From Methanothrix sp. (lineage in GTDB: Archaea > Halobacteriota > Methanosarcinia > Methanotrichales > Methanotrichaceae): DNA of 36,826 nucleotides. The notes beneath the pieces were generated by a model that was not told where the DNA came from, did not search any database, and saw only the letters and a list, made by a program, of their open reading frames with translations. The stretch covers positions 1 through 36,826 of the forward strand of contig JBAXWY010000026.1 in NCBI GenBank assembly GCA_037128175.1, in the 5' to 3' direction. Within the stretch, counting starts at the first letter, position 1. Each line of letters begins with the position of its first letter. A program made the translations under genes and the position numbers. This document shows positions 20,718 to 28,830 of this stretch, one piece after another.

Positions 20718-20896
20718 TCTACAACGTTTTTTTGTGCCTACTAGATGGCTCTCCTGCGAAAAATGGTTCTCCAATATAGTATCTTAAAAATCCATCGAGG
20801 GTAATTTTAGTTATAACCACAATACCCCGCAGCTTGCTGCACGGATGCGCCGCCGCCGTTTCACCTGAAAAGACCTCGAAGTCCCTTAAATCAATA

Positions 20897-20993
20897 TCAA
20901 TAGCTGGGGGTCGGGCGGACGGGGCGACGGCACCTTCAGAGTCAAGATGCATATGAACTACGACTGCTCGAATGGCGGCTCTTACTCATATTG
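20897..20993 (+). pseudogene. 97-bp orphan fragment of the C1 protease gene
   Basis: Matches 12230-12326 (NSWG.GGRGDGTFRVKMHM.YDCSNGGSYSY) with 3 mismatches by eye; the next codon is TGA instead of TGG. Confidence 0.9.
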
Positions 20994-21187
20994 AAATGAG
21001 GAGTCAACCCAGGCGATATGGGTCTCCAGATCCCCATATCCCTTTTTTAGAAACACAGTTGTCCCTTGGCAAAAATATGAGATACGAATTGATCCAGATG
21101 CATTTCGATGGCGCTGACGAGCTCTGCAAATGAGCAAAAGGATTTTAAGCTAAAAAATGTTTGGGATAATATCTCTGAAGTGATCTG

Positions 21188-22084
21188 ATGAAAACATCGC
21201 TCGTGGTTCCCGCTTATAATGAGGAGAAAGGCCTGCCCCTGGTGGTGGCAGAATACCTGGATGTAGTGGATGAGATAATCATAGTAGACGACGGATCGAG
21301 CGATGGCACCTTTCAGGCGGCGAAGGCACTGGTGGGCGGGAAGACGAAGCTTTTCCGCCATGAGAAGAACGCCGGAAAGGTGGCGGCTCTGAGGACGGGC
21401 GTTAAGCATGCCAGCGGAGATATCATCATATTCATAGATGCGGACAACACCTACCCAGCCAGGTATGTTCCTGATCTGGTCCGGGAGATTGAAAATGGGG
21501 CGGACCTGGTGCTGGGGGCCAGGCTGCAAAGCCGGGATAATATTCCTGCCTTCAACCGGATAGGCAACAACATATTCTCTTTTCTTGCCACTTACATAAG
21601 CTGCTTGAGGATCAAGGACAGCCAGACCGGCATGCGGGCATTTCGGAGGTCGATGTTCGATACTCTGGATGTTAAGGCCAAGGGCCTGGAGTTCGAGACC
21701 AAGATGACGGTCCGGGCGGCGAAGCTGGGCTACAAGATCGTGGAGATACCCATTGAGTACCGTGAGCGGGTGGGCGAGTCCAAGCTCAATCCCATTAAAG
21801 ATGGAGCGAGGATGCTGTCGGCTCTTTTTTCGGTGGCCTACACCGAAACGTCTCTGCTTTCCAAGATGATACTCCTGCCATCACTGATTTTTATTTTGAT
21901 CGGCTTGATTACGGGATTCATATCAATTTATGAGAAGGCGCAGTACGGTGTGATATCGCATGAGTTTTATCCCATATTTACAGCATTTCTCATCCTGGTT
22001 GGCGTGCAGTTGATATCGCTTGGTTTGATGGTAGACTACCTGACCAAGAAGCTGGACAGGATCGAGGAGCGTCTGGCCAGATGA
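21188..22084 (+). CDS. GT2 polyprenol/dolichol-phosphate glycosyltransferase (DPM1/GtrB-like) with two C-terminal TM helices
   Basis: VVPAYNEE, VDDGSSDGT, NAGK, IDAD, DSQTGMRAFRR, FETKM, EIPIEYRERVGESKL. Confidence 0.9.
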   Translation: MKTSLVVPAYNEEKGLPLVVAEYLDVVDEIIIVDDGSSDGTFQAAKALVGGKTKLFRHEKNAGKVAALRTGVKHASGDIIIFIDADNTYPARYVPDLVREIENGADLVLGARLQSRDNIPAFNRIGNNIFSFLATYISCLRIKDSQTGMRAFRRSMFDTLDVKAKGLEFETKMTVRAAKLGYKIVEIPIEYRERVGESKLNPIKDGARMLSALFSVAYTETSLLSKMILLPSLIFILIGLITGFISIYEKAQYGVISHEFYPIFTAFLILVGVQLISLGLMVDYLTKKLDRIEERLAR

Positions 22085-22137
22085 AGCGGAAAAATCATCA
22101 CTCTCAATTACTGATGTTATAATTCGATGTTGTGTAG

Positions 22138-23043
22138 TTGCTGAATGTGAAGGAAATGCACTCGATGTGGGGCGATACATATTTGGGAATGAACTCGATG
22201 TTTAAGTCGGTCCTAGTGTCGATGAGACCATATCAGTGGTATAAAAACTTGGTTATTTTTATCGGCATCGTTTTTTCGGGTAACTTGTTTAACTTGGGAA
22301 TATTACAGTATTCCATCTTCGCATTTATTTTTTTCGTTTTCATATCTGGAGCTATATACATTATAAACGATATAAAAGATGTGGAGATGGACCGGCTTCA
22401 TCCACAGAAGAGATTCAGGCCAATAGCGGTTGGGACTCTTTCAGCACGAACCGCCCTATTATTTGCATTTATTTTATTATCCATTTCTTTGACAACTTCC
22501 TTTCTTGTGGATAGGTCTTTATGCTATATTGGATTGTTATATATATTTGTTAATTTTCTATATACATTCTATCTAAAGAATATTGCTCTAATCGATATAA
22601 TGATGGTCGCAGTAGGATTTGTCTTGAGAGCAATAGCCGGATGTTTCATCATTAGTGTATGGGTCTCTCCATGGCTTATATTATGTGTATTGCTGATGGC
22701 ATTTGTCTTGGCTTTTGGAAAGAGGCGTCATGAACTGTTGACTACTAGCAGCAACACTAGATCCTGCCTTTCTCAGTATACAGAGAATATGGTTGATAGT
22801 TTGCTGAATATATCAGTTGCTATGCTTTTAATGTCCTACGCCCTTTATTCGTTTAATGTTGATGCATATATGATGATCACCCTTCCGTTCGCATTTTATG
22901 GAGCTTTCAGATTTGTGCAGCTTGTTTATGAGAAAAACTTCGGCGGAGAAGCAGAGCTGATACTGAAGGACAGAGCCTCTCTGGCAAATCTTGTTTTATG
23001 GACTGTTTCAGTAATTTGGATTATTTATGAGGTTAATGTATGA
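22138..23043 (+). CDS. UbiA-family polyprenyl-phosphate 5-phosphoribosyltransferase (DPPR-synthase-like)
   Basis: MRPYQWYKNL, YIINDIKDVEMDRLHPQKRFRPIA, YTFYLK, GFVLRAIAG, FGKRRHEL. The real start is probably ATG ~22189-22198. Confidence 0.85.
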   Translation: MLNVKEMHSMWGDTYLGMNSMFKSVLVSMRPYQWYKNLVIFIGIVFSGNLFNLGILQYSIFAFIFFVFISGAIYIINDIKDVEMDRLHPQKRFRPIAVGTLSARTALLFAFILLSISLTTSFLVDRSLCYIGLLYIFVNFLYTFYLKNIALIDIMMVAVGFVLRAIAGCFIISVWVSPWLILCVLLMAFVLAFGKRRHELLTTSSNTRSCLSQYTENMVDSLLNISVAMLLMSYALYSFNVDAYMMITLPFAFYGAFRFVQLVYEKNFGGEAELILKDRASLANLVLWTVSVIWIIYEVNV

Positions 23044-23678
23044 AGTTCGATATGCATGTCCATACACGCTATTCTGCAAGATGCGGCTATATGACGCCAA
23101 AGAAACTTTCAGAGATCGCTATAGATAATGGTCTGGATGGCCTGGCAATTACAGATCATAATACAATCGAAGGTGCGCTAGAGTTAGTTGATCTTGTCAA
23201 AGACGAGCAAATATCTCTCGCAGTCATAGTTGGCGAAGAGATTACCACAGATCGGGGTGAAGTTCTGGCTTACTTCATAAAGAGCGCGATAACAGCCGGG
23301 CCTTTCGAGGAGGTTATGGGCGAAATAAAGCTGGCAGGCGGCGTTTCAGCCATACCTCACCCATTCGATAGAATACGTGGTGGGTTCAAGGGCTTAGAAG
23401 AGGTTATACGCGATATAGATGCTATCGAGGTTCTTAATTCAAGATGTATATTCAACCGAGATGCGCTTGATTTTTGCGTTAGCCATAAAAAAAAGATGTT
23501 GGGTGGTAGCGATGCTCATTTCTATAGTGAGGTTGGCCGGGCTTGGACCGAATTTACGGAGGGAACAAGGAAATGCCTTCTCGAAGAGCAGGCACAGGTT
23601 GGTGGTGGCTTGAGTAACCCTGTATATCTGGCTCTTACCAAGGGATTAAAAATGTGGCGAAAGGCAAACTCCAATTAG
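23040..23678 (+). CDS. PHP-domain metallophosphoesterase
   Basis: DMHVHT, AITDHNT, GEEITT, PHPFD, IEVLNSR, GGSDAH; ATGA overlap with the UbiA-like gene. Confidence 0.9.
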   Translation: MKFDMHVHTRYSARCGYMTPKKLSEIAIDNGLDGLAITDHNTIEGALELVDLVKDEQISLAVIVGEEITTDRGEVLAYFIKSAITAGPFEEVMGEIKLAGGVSAIPHPFDRIRGGFKGLEEVIRDIDAIEVLNSRCIFNRDALDFCVSHKKKMLGGSDAHFYSEVGRAWTEFTEGTRKCLLEEQAQVGGGLSNPVYLALTKGLKMWRKANSN

Positions 23679-23749
23679 GGCTAGGAGAGCGAATCGGAAT
23701 ACATGCGTCTTGGTTTAAGGGCAGAATCGCATTCAATATGCCAAAATTC

Positions 23750-24060
23750 CGGGGTTGGTTCCAGTCTGGAAATATTACATAGCCACCGACAAAGAACCAG
23801 TTCTTGGTCAAAATCTTGGGTCAGCCTAGGAAAGCTCATGATGTCCATGAAGCTGTGGTTATCAGATATGCCTATGGGCGTTATAGATTTGCTGCAAGAA
23901 TGCTAGTATTAATAAGGACGAAGTATATGATTTGCATCTACCATAACCCTATTCCCAAATATCTGAAGGCGGATGGCTTGGTCCAGGAAGACTTGAAGAA
24001 ACAGAAACGGCGCAAATGGGTTCGATTCGAAAGAAATCATAGCTTATCCACAGGTCAAGT
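23750..24060 (+). mobile_element. Degraded IS481-like transposase fragment
   Basis: Translation GQPRK..E..VIR.AYGRYRFAARML...HN.I..YLKA.GL..ED.KKQKRRKWVRFERNHSLS resembles the N-terminal half of methanogen IS481-family transposases from memory; frameshifted, no DDE core. Confidence 0.65.
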
Positions 24061-24117
24061 TCTCCGCAAGAGGCGTACTTCTGGATCGACTGTAGATTAT
24101 TTGGTTGTGAGGAGTTA

Positions 24118-26097
24118 ATGAATACACCTAAATATATAAAACTGACCAAGCTACGAAACAATTTCCGGACCCCACATTTTGCAGAGATGCTAGTGAAGAT
24201 CCATTTCAGAAGTATGCTATTCATCCTTCTTATCATATATTCCGCCTGCATTTTACTCTATTCGTGCAGTTTAATGACTCCAATTATACTTGGTGATGGT
24301 CATGAATATCTGGGAATGACTGTATCTTTCTTCAACCATTTGTCGCCAGAGCTAAATAATATCGACAATGCTCTAAGAGCTTCTATTGAAAAGACGAATT
24401 CCGCAGCATTCTCAGCGAGTTTGGATTATGCCGGATATTTTAAATCATTAAATGGAGACTTCTACTCGTTTCACTTCTGGAGCTATCCTTTGTTTAATTT
24501 GCCGGTTTTTAGTATTCTACATTATCTCCGATTTAACGAGCTCCGAACTTTTTCTATTACAAATTCGGTATTGCTCATAGTTTGCCTATTTATTATAGTC
24601 TCCTCAAGTAAATTGACGGACTATCAAAAATTATGGTTATTTTTATTTTCCGTGTTCAATCCGGTTTTGTTATACATTGGATGGTCTTCACCAGAAATAT
24701 ATTCATATGCATTCGTTTTAATCTCGCTGGTATTTGCGCTAGAACAAAATTATCAAGCTAGTATCATTGCATCATCAATTGCATCTCTTCAGAATCCACC
24801 AATAATATTATTGAATTTTTATCTAATTTTTTGTGGGTACAAAAAATCCAAGTTGGATTTTAAAAATCTATTTTATCTCATATTATTATCGTCTATATCA
24901 ATCATACCTTATTTGTTTTATTATTATAATTACAAGGTACCTAATCTGATTGTATCGACTGGTTCATCAAGCATTAATTTTATATCATTTAATAAACTAA
25001 TAAATCTGTTTTTAGATCCTAACTGCGGGCTATTTCCATATATTCCGCTGCTATTTGTAATCTCACTAGTAGGATTGCTTCATTCATTCCAAAAGAGAGA
25101 ATCATTTGTTCCATCTATATGGTTCATTTTGGTCCTAATGGCCATAATGGTGACCACAATTGGAAATTGGAATTCTGGAATGATGTACATAAACAGATAT
25201 TCCGTATGGATGATTCCTTTCATCATCGTAACTGCAGTGCACAGCACAAAATATTACTCTAGTACTAAAAAGAGAAACATCTTCTTGCTAATCGCGCTAA
25301 TGTCTAATATATGTATCACTGGCATTTTATTATCGGACTATGACTACACAAATTGCGTGAGATTTAATACGTTATCAAACAATATTATGGTAATAGCTCC
25401 TAAATATTATAACCCACCATATGAATTGTTTGTAGAAAGATCAATTGGCCATGAAGTTAATTATTCAAATTTCAATAGCTATTTACCGATTGTCTTTACT
25501 TATGACGGCGAGCCCCGAAAGATATTATATCTATCAAATAATTCCTCCGTAACTTATGAAAACTCAAATGATTTGCTATTTCGCGTCCCGATTGATGAGA
25601 CAAAGATTAGAATTTTTTACGCATATAATGGTCGATATTTATTTGCCGAAGGTAATTGGAGCGGGGCAGTTAATCTAAGTCCTAGATCTATACGTGAATT
25701 TACACGAAATGCAACAGATTTCGCTGTTGCCCTTCGTGCTAATAACGGTCAGTACGTTTGTGCTGAGGCAGGGGGCGGACGCGAGCTTGTAGCAAATCGT
25801 GACCAAGTAGGGGAGTGGGAGACGTTAAGATTATCCTATCTAGGGGGCAATAATGTTGCCCTTCGTGCCAATAACGGTCAGTACGTTTGTGCTGAGGTGG
25901 GGGGCGGGCGCGAGCTTGTAGCAAATCGCGATCATGTGGGGGGGTGGGAGACCTTTGGACTCGTATATCTTGGAAACAATAGCGTCGCCCTCCGTGCCTG
26001 CAATGGCCAATATGTTTCTGCAGAAGGCGAGAATGCAGTAGTCGCAAATAGCACATCGATAGGTTTAAATGAAACCTTTGGATTCATACGTTTGTAA
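24118..26097 (+). CDS. Multi-TM GT-C-like membrane protein with one C-terminal fascin-like beta-trefoil
   Basis: About 10 TM segments; GDGHEY first loop, SFHFWSYP, SPE, LQNPP, LDPNCGLFPY, RYSVW; three ALRAxNGQYV repeats (~25723-26094). Start may be ATG 24187. Confidence 0.72.
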   Translation: MNTPKYIKLTKLRNNFRTPHFAEMLVKIHFRSMLFILLIIYSACILLYSCSLMTPIILGDGHEYLGMTVSFFNHLSPELNNIDNALRASIEKTNSAAFSASLDYAGYFKSLNGDFYSFHFWSYPLFNLPVFSILHYLRFNELRTFSITNSVLLIVCLFIIVSSSKLTDYQKLWLFLFSVFNPVLLYIGWSSPEIYSYAFVLISLVFALEQNYQASIIASSIASLQNPPIILLNFYLIFCGYKKSKLDFKNLFYLILLSSISIIPYLFYYYNYKVPNLIVSTGSSSINFISFNKLINLFLDPNCGLFPYIPLLFVISLVGLLHSFQKRESFVPSIWFILVLMAIMVTTIGNWNSGMMYINRYSVWMIPFIIVTAVHSTKYYSSTKKRNIFLLIALMSNICITGILLSDYDYTNCVRFNTLSNNIMVIAPKYYNPPYELFVERSIGHEVNYSNFNSYLPIVFTYDGEPRKILYLSNNSSVTYENSNDLLFRVPIDETKIRIFYAYNGRYLFAEGNWSGAVNLSPRSIREFTRNATDFAVALRANNGQYVCAEAGGGRELVANRDQVGEWETLRLSYLGGNNVALRANNGQYVCAEVGGGRELVANRDHVGGWETFGLVYLGNNSVALRACNGQYVSAEGENAVVANSTSIGLNETFGFIRL

Positions 26098-26531
26098 ATT
26101 ATATATAAATAAAAAATTATTATTCTTAGTGATGCCGATGCGCTCGTGATCGAAGAATACTCAAGACAGCTTCACGCCTGGATCAAAGACTTTATATTAC
26201 CCAGGTATACACGAGGAACACTATAGTTATCCGAAAGAGAGTGGTGAGTATATACGAATCTTCCTCTGGTATTAAGAACAGAGTGTCAATTATTGATATG
26301 AATTATTTGCCTACAAATGAGCAATAACCTATGTAGAATAGAGGACGCGGATAATTAAATTAAGCAGCTCTGCGAGATCCAAAACTTAGTAGCGCAATAA
26401 TTGGCGAGTCAAATTCGCGTGGTCATGTAACGGCGCTATGACGCAGTCTACTGAAAGGAATTGTTGAACATGAAAAGCCATAACAAGAGTTATCGAACTT
26501 AGTGCTGAAAGAGAGTAGAGGGACATAAATT

Positions 26532-28295
26532 ATGAAATTGATAAATAGTATTATTGGATTTATTAAAACTCATGAGCTATTGTCCTTATTTAGCTTGTTT
26601 TATCTAATATATAACTTAAATATGCGGCCGATAGGATCTGTAGATACAATACCTGCCTCCTTGTTGCCATTCAGCATACTAGAAAATCATAATTTATATT
26701 TTGATAATTTTTATTCATATTACGCGAATATGCATTACCTCATTTCGTTTTTCGCACAGGTTAACGGCCATTATGTGTCAGGTTATCCGATTGTCACTCC
26801 TGTCTTAATAACGCCATTCTATATTATACCATACTTATTATTAAAATTGAGCCATATACCTATTGATCTGTCAAATCCCGGTTTCAACTTGACGGTTTCG
26901 ATAATGGAAAAATTAGCTGCCTCTTTTATTGCTGCTCTTTCAGGTATTTTTGTTTTCTTATCGTTAAAGGAGCTGATTAACAGAAAAACGGCACTCATTG
27001 GAACCATGATTTTTGCTCTTGCGACCAACACCTGGACCGTAAGCAGTCAAGGACTCTGGCAGCATGGTTTAGTAGAGCTCATCCTTGCCTTGTCAATTTA
27101 CCTCGTCTTACTAAACGAAAAACATAGATCCGATAAAATTATTATAAGTTTAGGAATTTTATCTGGATTGTTTTTTTTAAATAGGCCAGTTGATATTATC
27201 CTTCTTATTCCATTATTGTATTATATCCTGAATTTCAAAGATCGGCGAATTGTTTACTATTTCGGATCGATGGCTTTATCTGGTGGGCCATTTCTTATTT
27301 ATAATTATTATTATTACGGAAATCCATTTGGAGGCAATAGTATCCTTTTATCTGGGTTTAGCTTGAACTCAAATAATATAATATCTTTTGCAGGATTGTT
27401 AATAAGCCCGAGCAGGGGCTTATTTGTCTACACGCCAATACTTATTTTGTCTGTTCTTGGCTATTTAAAAACATTGCAAATTGAAAACAAAAATATAAGA
27501 TATTTATTGATGCTTTTTGGGGGTTCTATATTATTATCACTATTAGTATATAGCAGCTTTAGCTGTTGGTGGGCAGGGGGGTCGTATGGTCCAAGATTCC
27601 TGACTGGTATGCTGCCAGCTTTAGCAATGTTTCTGGGATTATATATTAAAGATATCAGTTTTAATATTAAAACCAGAAAGAATCTACTTAAAGTCTGCAT
27701 AATCTCTATCTCGCTGCTTTGGTCGATCTTCGCGCAACTCGTCGGAGCATTTTATTATCCCAATGGTAATTGGGATGGTTCTCCAAGTGACAATGGGGAT
27801 AGATTGTGGGACTATAACGACACCCAAATCGGAAGAACCTTTAATGCTGGAATCATATACCCCCACAATCCATTGAATGATATTCGTTTCATAATGTTTT
27901 GGAGTAAAATGGGGCACACTGATCGTGTTGCCCTTCGTGCCCATAACGGCCAATATATTTGTGCAGAAGAGGGAGGTGGGCACGAAGTAGTCGCAAATCG
28001 TAACTCTGTGGGTCCATGGGAGATATTTGACATTAAATATCTGAGGGACAATAGTGTTGTTCTGCTTGCTTCCAACCGCCAATATGTTTCTGTAGAGGGG
28101 GGCGGATGCAAAATAATCGCAAATAGCGATTTCGTGGGTCCGAGGGAGATCTTTGGCCTTAAAGATCTGGGAAACAATAGTGTTGCTCTTCTTGCTTCCA
28201 ACGGCCAATTCGTTTCAGTAGAAAGCGAACGTGAAGTAGTTGCAAATGCAAATTCTGTTGGTTCGAGGGAAACTTTTGGCCTCCAACACCCGTGA
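26532..28295 (+). CDS. Multi-TM GT-C-like membrane protein with one C-terminal fascin-like beta-trefoil
   Basis: GSVDTIPA first loop, SSQGLWQHG, NRP, GLLISPSRGLFVYTP, WWAGGSYGPRFL; three fascin repeats (~27924-28292). Confidence 0.75.
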   Translation: MKLINSIIGFIKTHELLSLFSLFYLIYNLNMRPIGSVDTIPASLLPFSILENHNLYFDNFYSYYANMHYLISFFAQVNGHYVSGYPIVTPVLITPFYIIPYLLLKLSHIPIDLSNPGFNLTVSIMEKLAASFIAALSGIFVFLSLKELINRKTALIGTMIFALATNTWTVSSQGLWQHGLVELILALSIYLVLLNEKHRSDKIIISLGILSGLFFLNRPVDIILLIPLLYYILNFKDRRIVYYFGSMALSGGPFLIYNYYYYGNPFGGNSILLSGFSLNSNNIISFAGLLISPSRGLFVYTPILILSVLGYLKTLQIENKNIRYLLMLFGGSILLSLLVYSSFSCWWAGGSYGPRFLTGMLPALAMFLGLYIKDISFNIKTRKNLLKVCIISISLLWSIFAQLVGAFYYPNGNWDGSPSDNGDRLWDYNDTQIGRTFNAGIIYPHNPLNDIRFIMFWSKMGHTDRVALRAHNGQYICAEEGGGHEVVANRNSVGPWEIFDIKYLRDNSVVLLASNRQYVSVEGGGCKIIANSDFVGPREIFGLKDLGNNSVALLASNGQFVSVESEREVVANANSVGSRETFGLQHP

Positions 28296-28459
28296 TATTT
28301 ATATAGATTCGTTCAGAATAACCATAGGAACGTATCGAAAATCACAACAGGAGACATTAATCAAGATGTGGCCAGGAATAGGTAATCGAATGCAATCAAC
28401 TATCGTGCCAGCCATGCGATCCGCAAAGGCCAGGTTAACTCAATTATGGTAGATTACAT

Positions 28460-28816
28460 ATGAATGCAATTGCGATAATTATTATTGGGATCATCTTTGC
28501 AGCTTTTGGCCAGGTGTCCTGGAAGCTGGGCATGAACCAGGCAGGGCAAATGGGGGCCCTAAATTTTGCAGCCATTTCCACAGTTCTGCTGAATCCTTAT
28601 GTCTTGCTGGGTTTCGTGATGTACGCATTGAGCACCATCTTTTGGCTGATAGCGCTGTCCAAGAAGGATCTCAGCTTTGTGTATCCTTTTATCTCTTTGA
28701 CCTACATACTGGTGCTGGTGTTGTCAAGCTTGGTGCTGAAGGAGAGCATAGGGATAAATAAGATTGCTGGGACGTTGGCGATTATAGCAGGTCTCATAAT
28801 AATATCTAGAGCGTAA
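28460..28816 (+). CDS. EamA/SMR-like 4-TM transporter (ArnE/ArnF flippase-like)
   Basis: 118 aa; GQVSWKLG, WLIALSKKDLSFVYPFISLTY, LKESI...KIAG. Confidence 0.8.
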   Translation: MNAIAIIIIGIIFAAFGQVSWKLGMNQAGQMGALNFAAISTVLLNPYVLLGFVMYALSTIFWLIALSKKDLSFVYPFISLTYILVLVLSSLVLKESIGINKIAGTLAIIAGLIIISRA

Positions 28817-28830
28817 CGAGGCCATAAAAA

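Noticed and set aside
12230-20993. C1 gene segment and its 97-bp copy as a diversity-generating retroelement VR/TR pair
   Set aside because: There is no reverse transcriptase in the window and the mismatches are not adenine-specific.
22138-23043. UbiA gene as archaeal lipid (DGGGP) synthase
   Set aside because: The RPxQWxKN, RAxAG and KRRxEL motifs and the glycosylation context fit the phosphoribosyltransferase subfamily better.
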